A stretch of DNA of 41,779 nt from a virus. Lineage: Duplodnaviria; Caudoviricetes. The stretch lies in the IMG/VR virus record IMGVR_UViG_3300022217_000261, positions 1-41,779 of that record, one strand, 5' to 3'. The position numbers and the translations under genes are program-made. This document shows positions 28,482 to 36,929 of this stretch, one piece after another. Positions within the stretch are counted from its first letter, which is position 1. Every line of letters begins with the position of its first letter. A model generated the notes under the pieces. The model was given only the letters and a program-made list of their open reading frames with translations. It did not search any database and was not told where the DNA came from.

Positions 28482-29451
28482 AATTACTGTTAGAACAATT
28501 TTAAATGAGATAGTACATGAGGGTAAGATAACTGAAAATAAAACTGGTTATAATTTTCGCTGTGTAATTTGCCATGATAGTAAAAAAAATAAATCTAAAA
28601 GAAGAGGATGGATTCTATTTAGAGGAGAGCAAATAACTTATTATTGTTTTAATTGTTTATATGATAGATCCTTTAAAAACTTTTTAAGAGATAAATATCC
28701 TAGTTTATTTGAAGAACATTATAAAACTACATTAAATAATTTAAAATTAAAAAAATCTCATTGTGAAATTGTAGCTAAAGAGATAAAATCTAATGAAATT
28801 AAAGACTTATCTAATGAAATTATACCTTATTCTTTTCAATTATTAGATAAAAATATTAAAGATAGAGAATTAAAAAAATTACAATTAAATGCTTTAAAAA
28901 TTATATTAGAACGAAGTATTCCTAAATTATATTATAGAGATTTTTTAGTTTGTTATGAGGGTAAGTTTAAGAATAGAATTATAATACCTTATTATAAAGA
29001 TAGAATTCTTTATGCTTTTCAAGGTAGAACTATAGATAATAATCCTTTAAAATATTTAACTTATTGTGAAGAAAATGAAAAAATATATAGATTTTATAGT
29101 TCTAATAAAGAAGAGATAGTTTATATAACAGAAGGCCCAATAGATAGTATGTTTATTGAAAATGCTATAGCTACATCAGGAACAATAGGTATTGATAGTA
29201 CTCAGTTTAAAATTATAAAAAATAAATTTATGAAAAGAGTTTGGCTATTTGATAACGATTCAGCTGGAATAGAAAGAGCTAAAAAGTTTGCAGAAAATAG
29301 TGAAAATATTTTTATATGGCCATCTCATTATAGAAATATAAAAGATATAAATGAATTAGTTTTATTTGATAATTCTATAGATATTGAAAAATTATTATTA
29401 GAAAATACATATAATGGATTCGAAGCAATAATAAAATTAAAATTATTATAG
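28474..29451 (+). CDS. 61: DNA primase (T4 gp61-like)
   Basis: NFRCVICHDS...YCFNC, RIIIP, FQGR, EGPIDSMF, FDND, KDINE. Confidence 0.93.
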   Translation: MDRITVRTILNEIVHEGKITENKTGYNFRCVICHDSKKNKSKRRGWILFRGEQITYYCFNCLYDRSFKNFLRDKYPSLFEEHYKTTLNNLKLKKSHCEIVAKEIKSNEIKDLSNEIIPYSFQLLDKNIKDRELKKLQLNALKIILERSIPKLYYRDFLVCYEGKFKNRIIIPYYKDRILYAFQGRTIDNNPLKYLTYCEENEKIYRFYSSNKEEIVYITEGPIDSMFIENAIATSGTIGIDSTQFKIIKNKFMKRVWLFDNDSAGIERAKKFAENSENIFIWPSHYRNIKDINELVLFDNSIDIEKLLLENTYNGFEAIIKLKLL

Positions 29452-29463
29452 TTTAAAAATAAC

Positions 29464-29492
29464 TTGACTTTATCTAGTAAAAATTATATAAT
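29464..29492 (+). promoter_or_regulatory. sigma70-type promoter
   Basis: TTGACT-17 bp-TATAAT. Confidence 0.8.
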
Positions 29493-29581
29493 ATTTATAA
29501 ATTAATTGATAAATTTATTCCGAAATTGATTATATAAAATATAATAAACTAAAAATATAATCAATGGAGGAGAAGTTTAGC

Positions 29582-30322
29582 ATGGCAGAAGCAATAATTG
29601 AAATTAAAGATAAATCAAAATTTGTAGCCCCACTTAGTAGTTTAAAAAATGGAATAACATCTATAGTATTTTCAGTTGAAAATAATACATTAAAAATAAA
29701 TGCACTATCAGAAGATAGATCACAAAGAGCTAATATTTGGTATAAATCTGATATTGTAGAAGTTTCCAAAATAGATGATGTTGAAAAATTAGGTATTTAT
29801 AATTTAAGTGAATTTTTAGGTGTATTATCTTTATGTGAATCAAAACTAAAAATAAAAGTTAAAGATAATAAATTAATGATAGGGTTAGGTAAGACATCTA
29901 AAGTTAATTATGTTCTTTCAGATATTGATTTAATTGAGGAAGGCCCTGAAAAAAGTAAACCAATTGATTTTGAAATAGAATTTGAAGTAGATGAAAATTT
30001 TATTTGTAAAGTGAATAGTATTTCAAAATCGCTTAATGTTAATATTTTGAAGTTTATTGTTAAAAAAGGTAAATTATTTTATAAAATTACTGATAAAAAT
30101 GAAGAATCCCATGATTTTACAGAAAAACTTTTAGATGATTGTGATTGTTCGGATATTTCTATATGTATATGTTTAAAGGATGAAAATAGAGATAATATTG
30201 GTATTTTGACAGATAAAATCCCTTATAAATTTTCATTACATAAAAAAATAGTGCAAATTGAATCTATTACTGAAGATTATGAAAAAATTAGATATTTTTT
30301 AGGTCCTTTAACAGAGGATTAA
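29582..30322 (+). CDS. 45: sliding clamp (T4 gp45-like)
   Basis: GIYNLSEFLGVLSL signature; C-terminal IRYFL; GGAGG RBS places start at 29582. Confidence 0.8.
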   Translation: MAEAIIEIKDKSKFVAPLSSLKNGITSIVFSVENNTLKINALSEDRSQRANIWYKSDIVEVSKIDDVEKLGIYNLSEFLGVLSLCESKLKIKVKDNKLMIGLGKTSKVNYVLSDIDLIEEGPEKSKPIDFEIEFEVDENFICKVNSISKSLNVNILKFIVKKGKLFYKITDKNEESHDFTEKLLDDCDCSDISICICLKDENRDNIGILTDKIPYKFSLHKKIVQIESITEDYEKIRYFLGPLTED

Positions 30323-30325
30323 AAG

Positions 30326-30480
30326 TTTTAATAGAGTGGCATTGGCATATGTCAGGTAAAACATAATTTAAAATGCCATTTAAGTTATGGAGGGTCAATA
30401 CCACAATTGTTTAAATTGAAATTTTAAACAATTGTGGTATTGACTACGGAGTTAGGTGTGGAAACTAGCCTCTATTAAAA
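30326..30480 (+). ncRNA. putative structured non-coding element
   Basis: 11-bp closing stem, 11-bp stem whose ATGCCA loop is complementary to upstream TGGCAT, perfect 22-bp hairpin 30394-30444. Confidence 0.45.
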
Positions 30481-30510
30481 AATATAATATAACTAAAAAT
30501 TTTCTTAATA

Positions 30511-30554
30511 AATTTTCTTAATAAATATTTAAAAATATATTTATTAAGGAGATT
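30511..30554 (+). promoter_or_regulatory. RBS-sequestering hairpin with late-promoter-like AATAAATA in its 5' arm
   Basis: AATTTTCTTAATAAATAT pairs with ATATTTATTAAGGAGATT (18 bp, 2 G-U). Confidence 0.55.
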
Positions 30555-30561
30555 TTAAAAA

Positions 30562-31119
30562 ATGATATTGTCACTTGATATTAGTTTAAGGTGTACTGGT
30601 ATTACTTTATTAGATCTTAATGGAAACTTAATAGATTTTACTATAATAGCAAATGAGGAAATAAAAAATGAACAACTACTGGACAAAAATCAAAAGGATA
30701 TATCGGAATTTGTTAATAAATATTCAAATGTTATATCTAAAATTGCAATTGAAGGTCTTTCATTTCAATCTGCGTCGAAAGTAAGAGATCTTATCGATGC
30801 TAATTTTTGGGGGATACGTTTATTACTTTGGAAAAAATTTAAAAATATTCCAATAGATATAGTTCCAGTTACACAATGGAGAAAATTAGTTATTCCAATT
30901 GAAAGATCTAGGGAACTTAAGAAGTTAATTAAATGGGGAATTGTTAAAAAAGTTAATTGGCAAAAAATAGAGTGTGTATGTAAATTACCAAAGAAAGTTA
31001 AATTAAGATTTGAAGAGTATTTAGGTAAAAAGAAAAATGGGTTATTCGATTTGACGGACTCTTATTTTTTAGGGCAATATATAATTTCACTTAAAATAAA
31101 AAAGGATGATTATGACTAA
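30562..31119 (+). CDS. RuvC-like Holliday junction resolvase
   Basis: ILSLDISLRCTG, IAIEG, PVTQWRK, DLTDSYFL. Confidence 0.8.
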   Translation: MILSLDISLRCTGITLLDLNGNLIDFTIIANEEIKNEQLLDKNQKDISEFVNKYSNVISKIAIEGLSFQSASKVRDLIDANFWGIRLLLWKKFKNIPIDIVPVTQWRKLVIPIERSRELKKLIKWGIVKKVNWQKIECVCKLPKKVKLRFEEYLGKKKNGLFDLTDSYFLGQYIISLKIKKDDYD

Positions 31120-31447
31120 AGAAAAATATCAACTATTGGCAGATTTTAAATACAAACCAGGTGATTATTTTGGATCTGAATTAACTAAATTAAATTCTGC
31201 AGATTCTGAAGAAATTTCACTCTATAAAACTCAATGTATTAATGAAGGAATTGGTTGTATAATAGCTGTAAAATTTCCCAATGTAAGTAAAGTGATATAT
31301 GCTGTATTAGAAGATAATGATTTAGATACCGATAAAGAAAATCCTAGATATATATTTAGTTATTTTGATATTGAATCAGATAAAATAGTCATCATAGATA
31401 CTTTATATGATAGAGGTTATGAGATAGTTAAAGGATTGGAGAGATAA
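31106..31447 (+). CDS. hypothetical protein, about 111-113 aa
   Basis: overlaps resolvase stop; AAGGA RBS. Confidence 0.65.
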   Translation: MIMTKEKYQLLADFKYKPGDYFGSELTKLNSADSEEISLYKTQCINEGIGCIIAVKFPNVSKVIYAVLEDNDLDTDKENPRYIFSYFDIESDKIVIIDTLYDRGYEIVKGLER

Positions 31448-31448
31448 T

Positions 31449-32387
31449 TTGACTGAACCGAACATTCCGTGGGTCGAAAAATTTAGACCCAAGATTTTAG
31501 ATAATGTTATTTTACATGTCTCTGATAAAAAAATCATTAAATCTATAATTGACATCGGCGCTGAAAATTTACCAAATTTGTTATTCTCGGGATCACCTGG
31601 GACAGGTAAAACTACTTTGGCTAAAGTTATAGCAAATGAATTAGATATGCCATGTTTACATATAAATGCTTCAGATGAATCAGGTATTGATACAATAAGA
31701 ACTAAAGTAAAGGGATTTGGTTCTTCTATGTCAGTTGATGGTAAAATCAAACTTATAATAATTGATGAGGCGGATGGATTAAGTTTTCAAGCCCAGAAAG
31801 CTTTTAAAGGGGTTATCGAAAGCTTTCATAAAAGTACAAGATTTGTATTTACTTGTAATTATTCTGAGCGAATAATGGATGCTCTTAAATCGAGATTGAA
31901 AGAAGTACAATTTAAAACAATTTCTATTAAGCCTATAAAGAAACGAATAATAGAAATTCTTAAAAATGAAAATATTAATGTTTCTAAATCTGAAGGGATT
32001 AAGCTAATTAATATGATTGAAAGACTTAGTCCAGATATTCGTAAAATTATTAATCATTTACAATATTTTTCTAGTACAGGTGATTTAGAGATTGAGGATG
32101 ATATAGATGCTGATGTGTTTGAAGAAATTATTACTATGATTAAAGAAAAGAAACTTAGTAATATTAGAGAAATATTAAGAAATAATAAATGTGATTATAA
32201 TTTATTAATAGCAAAAGTTTTTGATAGTGTTTTAGATGATAAAAATGATTTGCTAGGGAATCTAAATGAAACGCAAAGAGCTAAAATTATTTTACTTTGT
32301 AGTGAATCTCTATTTAGATCGTCATTTGCAGTAGATAAAGAAATTAGTTTTGCGTCTTTTACCATTGAATGTATGGCTATTTTATAA
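31449..32387 (+). CDS. 44: clamp loader AAA+ subunit (T4 gp44/RFC-like), TTG start
   Basis: PWVEKFRP, GSPGTGKTT, NASDESGID, IDEAD, FTCNY, LKSR, PDIR. Confidence 0.93.
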   Translation: MTEPNIPWVEKFRPKILDNVILHVSDKKIIKSIIDIGAENLPNLLFSGSPGTGKTTLAKVIANELDMPCLHINASDESGIDTIRTKVKGFGSSMSVDGKIKLIIIDEADGLSFQAQKAFKGVIESFHKSTRFVFTCNYSERIMDALKSRLKEVQFKTISIKPIKKRIIEILKNENINVSKSEGIKLINMIERLSPDIRKIINHLQYFSSTGDLEIEDDIDADVFEEIITMIKEKKLSNIREILRNNKCDYNLLIAKVFDSVLDDKNDLLGNLNETQRAKIILLCSESLFRSSFAVDKEISFASFTIECMAIL

Positions 32388-32449
32388 AGGAGAAAATGAA
32401 GGAAAGTACTATAGAATGGAAATATAGCAAGGATATATTAAAATAATAT

Positions 32450-32923
32450 ATGGATGAATTTTTTAGTTCTAAATATAAAAAAAAGAAAATTATAGAAGAT
32501 GAATTTGAAATTAAAGGAAAGAAAGTAGATTTATTTTCTTATCTTCATGATATATGTTATGCTAAAACCGGAACATTATCATTAAAAGATCCAGGATTAA
32601 AAGCTTTTAATTCATATATGATTTTAAAGTTTTTGTCATTAGAAGAAGCGTATTTGCCTTTTGTTAATATAATGAATAAATATCAAGGCAATATTACTAA
32701 AGAGCAAATGTATAGAGTTTTATTAAATTTAATTCCTAAAGGAAGAAAATTTTTAAAATATCCTAAAAAAATAGAAAAAAATGAAAAAGATATACAATTA
32801 TTAATAAAATATTTTAAATGCTCTAGTCATGAAGCACAAGAATACTTAAAATATGATTTTATTAGAGATATTGATATAAAAATTATAAAAGAAAAGTTCG
32901 GAGGCAAAAAAAGTGAAATATAA
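32450..32923 (+). CDS. 62: clamp loader small subunit (T4 gp62-like)
   Basis: LFSYLHDI, FNSYMILKFLS, MNKY, IPKGRKF.KY, YFKCS..EA.EYL, GG. Confidence 0.85.
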   Translation: MDEFFSSKYKKKKIIEDEFEIKGKKVDLFSYLHDICYAKTGTLSLKDPGLKAFNSYMILKFLSLEEAYLPFVNIMNKYQGNITKEQMYRVLLNLIPKGRKFLKYPKKIEKNEKDIQLLIKYFKCSSHEAQEYLKYDFIRDIDIKIIKEKFGGKKSEI

Positions 32924-33512
32924 AGTATATGAATGGGGTGGAGTAGATTTAAGAGAACATGAATGTGAAAATTATTTAGCTAATCCAGATGGATTCTTTG
33001 ATTTAGGTATAACAAACTGTGATTCCCATCCGACCAATGTAAATAATGCGCTTGTAAGAGAACCCGTTATTTATATTGAAAATTTAGAAAATAAAGAAAT
33101 TCATTTACAAGTGGATATACACCCACATGGTAAAATTACAGAAACTCTTCCAAAATATGAAAAAATAGGTGATTGGAAAATAACAGTAAATAAAGATAAT
33201 GTAATTAATGATATATTTAATTATTTGTTTTATGAAGTAGATATAAATTTAGTAGAAGATATTAAATGTAATTCATATAGATATTATAAAGAAACTATAT
33301 ATTCTGCTTTGAAACAATTATTTAAAGATGAAGGATTCAAAGAAATCCATTTTAATGACTTTATTAATTATTGGGCAAAAACAATAGATAAATACGAAAA
33401 TGAAATTAATTTTACAATTTTCAATAAAAATATGATTAATAAATATTTTCATACTGTATTTTCTCCATATCCTCCAATATCTTGGAAAAGATTATATATT
33501 GCATTTTGGTGA
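32913..33512 (+). CDS. hypothetical protein, 199 aa (EPVIY...TLP.Y...W...YLFYE...DFINYW pattern)
   Basis: GTG start with GGAGG; pattern recalls an uncharacterised bacterial 'KPVIYLY' family. Confidence 0.65.
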   Translation: MKYKVYEWGGVDLREHECENYLANPDGFFDLGITNCDSHPTNVNNALVREPVIYIENLENKEIHLQVDIHPHGKITETLPKYEKIGDWKITVNKDNVINDIFNYLFYEVDINLVEDIKCNSYRYYKETIYSALKQLFKDEGFKEIHFNDFINYWAKTIDKYENEINFTIFNKNMINKYFHTVFSPYPPISWKRLYIAFW

Positions 33513-33518
33513 TATTTT

Positions 33519-33845
33519 ATGAATAAAGAAAGAGATAAATTTTTAACTGAAATTATTGGAGATTGTTGGCATGAATTTCCTAAAAGAACTTACCCTTTAG
33601 TAACTATAATTGAACCACAAAGTGAAATATGTTTAAATTGTCAAAAATCTATTTATATTACTCATAATATAAATTTTAATAAATGGGAAGGTTTTGGTAA
33701 ATTATGGGAATGGGCTATTGAACAAGATTGGTGGCCCAAATTATGGAGATCTTATTTATCTAAATCAACTTATAAATCTGATATTATAAATCCTAATAAT
33801 TTTGCCGATTTTATATATAATTATTTAAAAAATGGAAAGAAATAA
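33519..33845 (+). CDS. hypothetical phage protein, 108 aa
   Basis: CWH...CxxC, WEGFGKLWEW. Confidence 0.7.
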   Translation: MNKERDKFLTEIIGDCWHEFPKRTYPLVTIIEPQSEICLNCQKSIYITHNINFNKWEGFGKLWEWAIEQDWWPKLWRSYLSKSTYKSDIINPNNFADFIYNYLKNGKK

Positions 33846-34191
33846 AATGGATATTAGTTTTTATGAAGATGGCGGTACAGCTAAAATAGTATTTGAAGAG
33901 TATTCTTTCTATATAGATTATAGAAAAAATTCTAAAAATAAAGGAGCTATATATAATATATATCCTAATGATAAAGGTGCTTATAGGGTTACTGGTTTAG
34001 ATATTCTTCAAGAATATAGAGAAATTTTAGAACAAGCTAGAAAAGAAATTAAAAATAATTTAACTATTATTTTTGGACTTCAATGGATTAATGAAAGAAT
34101 AGATATTAAGTTAAAAAATAAGCCTAAACCGAAACTAAAATCTAAACCGAAGATATCTAAAAAATCAAGGAGAATATACATACATGAGTAA
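33832..34191 (+). CDS. hypothetical protein, 119 aa
   Basis: overlapping start/stop; DGGT...IDYR...G.IY..YP. Confidence 0.65.
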   Translation: MERNKMDISFYEDGGTAKIVFEEYSFYIDYRKNSKNKGAIYNIYPNDKGAYRVTGLDILQEYREILEQARKEIKNNLTIIFGLQWINERIDIKLKNKPKPKLKSKPKISKKSRRIYIHE

Positions 34192-34477
34192 TGGTGCACA
34201 AGAATTAATATCGCAAGAATGTGATAAAATAAAAGAAATACTTTTAGAAAAAAATAGAAAATACGGAAATTCTGCTATTGCTCCAGTCAGAATATTTTCA
34301 AAAGCAGATCCTATAGAACAAATAAAAGTTAGATTAGATGATAAATTATCTAGAATAATTTCAGATCAATGTGATGAAGATGAAGATCCAGCGTTAGATA
34401 TAATAGGTTATCTAATTTTAGAAAGAGTAGCAAAAGAATATTATAAAAATGAAGATGTTAGTATTAAAAATGGTTAA
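34184..34477 (+). CDS. nucleotide-modification-associated domain 1 (Nmad1/DUF1599-like) all-alpha protein
   Basis: KNRKYGNS, RLDDKLSRI, ED...DIIGY. Confidence 0.75.
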   Translation: MSNGAQELISQECDKIKEILLEKNRKYGNSAIAPVRIFSKADPIEQIKVRLDDKLSRIISDQCDEDEDPALDIIGYLILERVAKEYYKNEDVSIKNG

Positions 34478-34507
34478 TAGAAAAGTGATTTACATAATAT
34501 AAAAACT

Positions 34508-34536
34508 TTGACTTTTTAATCAAAATATATTATAAT
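34508..34536 (+). promoter_or_regulatory. sigma70-type promoter
   Basis: TTGACT-17 bp-TATAAT. Confidence 0.8.
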
Positions 34537-34573
34537 ATAAAAATTGTAAAAGAAAGGAGATAGATAGTTTAAT

Positions 34574-35035
34574 ATGAATACAGCAATGAGAAAAGGAATA
34601 GAGGTAAAAATATTAGAAAGTTTTCCTATTATACAAGAGTCCTTATCTAGAATAGGAATTAGAAGCCAATATGAAAAAAAGTTATGGCCTTCTTGTTATA
34701 TCTATATGACTAGAGTAGATGGTAAAGTATATATAGCACATTTTAAAGAATTATTAAAAAATCCAAATATGTCTGAAGATGATGAAAAACGTAGAAATAC
34801 TATTCTTTGGGTTTTACATAATTGGGGATTTATTGAAATCGAAGATATCAAACTAAGAAATACATTGTTTGAAAATAAGCAGGAAAGAAAACTTTGTATT
34901 TTGTCTAAAAAGCAAATTGAAGAAGAATCATGGGAAATTATTCCAAAATGTCATGAAAATACTTTATATTATCATTCTATGAATGGTATGCCTAGAAAGG
35001 AAAAATCTGAGGATACTGAAGTAATAGAAAAATAA
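34574..35035 (+). CDS. regA: translational repressor RegA
   Basis: ESLSRIGI, LWPSCYI, YIAHFKEL, D..RRNTI..L..WG match T4 RegA. Confidence 0.88.
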   Translation: MNTAMRKGIEVKILESFPIIQESLSRIGIRSQYEKKLWPSCYIYMTRVDGKVYIAHFKELLKNPNMSEDDEKRRNTILWVLHNWGFIEIEDIKLRNTLFENKQERKLCILSKKQIEEESWEIIPKCHENTLYYHSMNGMPRKEKSEDTEVIEK

Positions 35036-35040
35036 TAAAT

Positions 35041-35274
35041 ATGAGTTATTTAATTAAAATTAATATATTGAAATTATTAACTGAAAAGAAAAATGAATTC
35101 AAATTTAAATATAATATAAATCCAAAAATATTAATATTAAGTGATGAATTCTATAATTTATTAAAAGAGGAGGGAGAAAAAAGTTTAAGATATACAACTG
35201 ATATTGATGAAAATAAAATAATGGGTGTCAGGATATTGAAGACTCCAGTAAAGGACATAATTAATTACTATTAA
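35041..35274 (+). CDS. hypothetical protein, 77 aa
   Basis: ORF fills the gap between regA and ssb. Confidence 0.55.
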   Translation: MSYLIKINILKLLTEKKNEFKFKYNINPKILILSDEFYNLLKEEGEKSLRYTTDIDENKIMGVRILKTPVKDIINYY

Positions 35275-35290
35275 GGAGTATTCAAAAAAA

Positions 35291-36244
35291 ATGAATTTAG
35301 ATAATGATATTTTAATGAAGAGCTTAGGGAAAATGAAAGCTCATGAAAAAGAAGTAACATCAGGTGGTGGAGGAACTAACTTATTTTCTACTGAAAAATT
35401 TTGGAAACCAGAAGTACCAAAGAAGGGCAAAAATACTTTTAGAATTAGACCTTTACCTACATTAAAAGAAGATGGGGCACATTGGGTTCTTATTCTTATA
35501 CATACTGGTATTAAAACTACAACTGGTGGATGGATTAATGAACCTTGTCCTGAAACATTTCCTGAAAATAAAGGGCAATGTCCAATTTGTAATGAATCTA
35601 GAAGACTTTTTAATACTGGTGATCCAGCAGATGAAAAAAGAGCTAGACTTTTGTGGAGAAAAAAATCTTGGGTAGCTAATATTTTAGTTGTTAAAGATGG
35701 TAGAAATGATGGTTCCAATGAAAATAAAGTATTTATGTATAAATTTGGACAAAAAGTGTATAATAAATTTGACAATGCACTTTTTCCAGATCCAGAAAGT
35801 GGAGATAAACCATTAATTTTTCTTAATCCTACAAAAGGATATGATTTTAAATTAGTTACTAAGATGGTTAAAGATGGCCAAAATGAGTTTCCTAATTATG
35901 ATGATTCAGAATTTTATAGAGAATCAACACCAATTGATGAAAAAGATAAAAAAATTGAAGAAATTCTAGAAAATGCATTTGATTTAGAATCTGAATTATT
36001 AGCTCCTACAAATTTTAAAACTATTGAGGAACTAGAAAAGATTTTAAGTATTCAAATTTTAGGATCTACGAAACCTAGTAAACCAAATGAGTCTAATGTA
36101 CAAAATTCCATTGAGGAAGAAGATGAGGAAGAAGATTTTGAAGTAGAAACAGAGTCAGGTGAAGAATATGAAGAGGATGATTCATCCTCTGATGATGACG
36201 ATTTTTTATCTGAATTAGAAAAAGATTTAGATGACGATGATTGA
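35291..36244 (+). CDS. 32: single-stranded DNA-binding protein (T4 gp32-like)
   Basis: FWKP, H...CP...CPIC zinc site, RK.SW.ANILV.KD, KFGQK, G.DFKL, PNYDDSEF, acidic tail. Confidence 0.93.
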   Translation: MNLDNDILMKSLGKMKAHEKEVTSGGGGTNLFSTEKFWKPEVPKKGKNTFRIRPLPTLKEDGAHWVLILIHTGIKTTTGGWINEPCPETFPENKGQCPICNESRRLFNTGDPADEKRARLLWRKKSWVANILVVKDGRNDGSNENKVFMYKFGQKVYNKFDNALFPDPESGDKPLIFLNPTKGYDFKLVTKMVKDGQNEFPNYDDSEFYRESTPIDEKDKKIEEILENAFDLESELLAPTNFKTIEELEKILSIQILGSTKPSKPNESNVQNSIEEEDEEEDFEVETESGEEYEEDDSSSDDDDFLSELEKDLDDDD

Positions 36245-36270
36245 TAAAATAATATAAAAAATTAATTATG

Positions 36271-36305
36271 AGCCGACTAAAATAAGTTAGTCGGCTTTAT
36301 TTTTA
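36271..36305 (+). terminator. intrinsic terminator after ssb
   Basis: AGCCGACTAA-6 nt-TTAGTCGGCT then TTATTTTT. Confidence 0.8.
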
Positions 36306-36307
36306 TC

Positions 36308-36336
36308 TTGACTTTTATAACATAATATTTTATAAT
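36308..36336 (+). promoter_or_regulatory. sigma70-type promoter
   Basis: TTGACT-17 bp-TATAAT. Confidence 0.8.
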
Positions 36337-36367
36337 ATTTTAAAAATATTATTTGAGGAGGATTAAA

Positions 36368-36712
36368 ATGAGATTGTCTAAAAGAAAGGCATTAGAAATC
36401 TGTATTGAGCTATGGTCATGGCTAGCTAAAAGTGAAGATTTTAGGAAAGGCAATTGGCCAGGATGGAAAAGAAACGGTGGTAAATATATTAGAGTAGAAA
36501 ATGATTGTTCATTATGTGAATATGATGAATATAGAAGAGGGCAGAATAAAATATATAAACCAAATTGTTATTATTGTCCTTTGAAAGAAGAATTAGATTA
36601 TTGTGATAAAAATAGTTTATATACAAAATGGCGTATGTTTTCAGGTGATAAATCTAAATATGCTAGCCAGATTAGGGATGTAGCTATTAAAGCCTTAAAC
36701 GAATTAAAATAA
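36368..36712 (+). CDS. hypothetical Cys-rich phage protein
   Basis: GAGGAGG RBS; W.WLA, CSLCEY, CYYCPL...C. Confidence 0.75.
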   Translation: MRLSKRKALEICIELWSWLAKSEDFRKGNWPGWKRNGGKYIRVENDCSLCEYDEYRRGQNKIYKPNCYYCPLKEELDYCDKNSLYTKWRMFSGDKSKYASQIRDVAIKALNELK

Positions 36713-36724
36713 AGGAGATTGAAA

Positions 36725-36898
36725 ATGGATAATAGATTTCGTCATGAAAATGATTTTGAAGCAGTAGATACTATAGATGCTATGTTGTTCAGTGGATGCC
36801 CTACAGATAATGAAATAGAAGCATTGGAAGAATATATTAAAAGATGGGGAAATCAAATAGAAGAATGTAAAAAATTTAATGAAGAAGAAGAGTTTTAA
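36725..36898 (+). CDS. hypothetical acidic protein, 57 aa (not in ORF track)
   Basis: AAAGGAG-ATTGAAA-ATG; MDNRFRHENDFEAVDTIDAMLFSG...EEEEF*. Confidence 0.7.
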   Translation: MDNRFRHENDFEAVDTIDAMLFSGCPTDNEIEALEEYIKRWGNQIEECKKFNEEEEF

Positions 36899-36929
36899 AA
36901 AAATTTAAATAAATAAAGGAGAAAGAATA

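Noticed and set aside
30326-30480. tRNA, tmRNA or CRISPR array
   Set aside because: No TTC T-loop, cloverleaf or CCA end, and no repeat-spacer periodicity here or elsewhere in the window.
650-35775. Minus-strand ORFs in the track (e.g. 1302-1733, 2046-2573, 24382-24795, 31403-31750, 35341-35775), plus nested + ORFs 35472-35675 and 40512-40760
   Set aside because: They lie within well-supported genes and have shadow-frame composition with no motifs.
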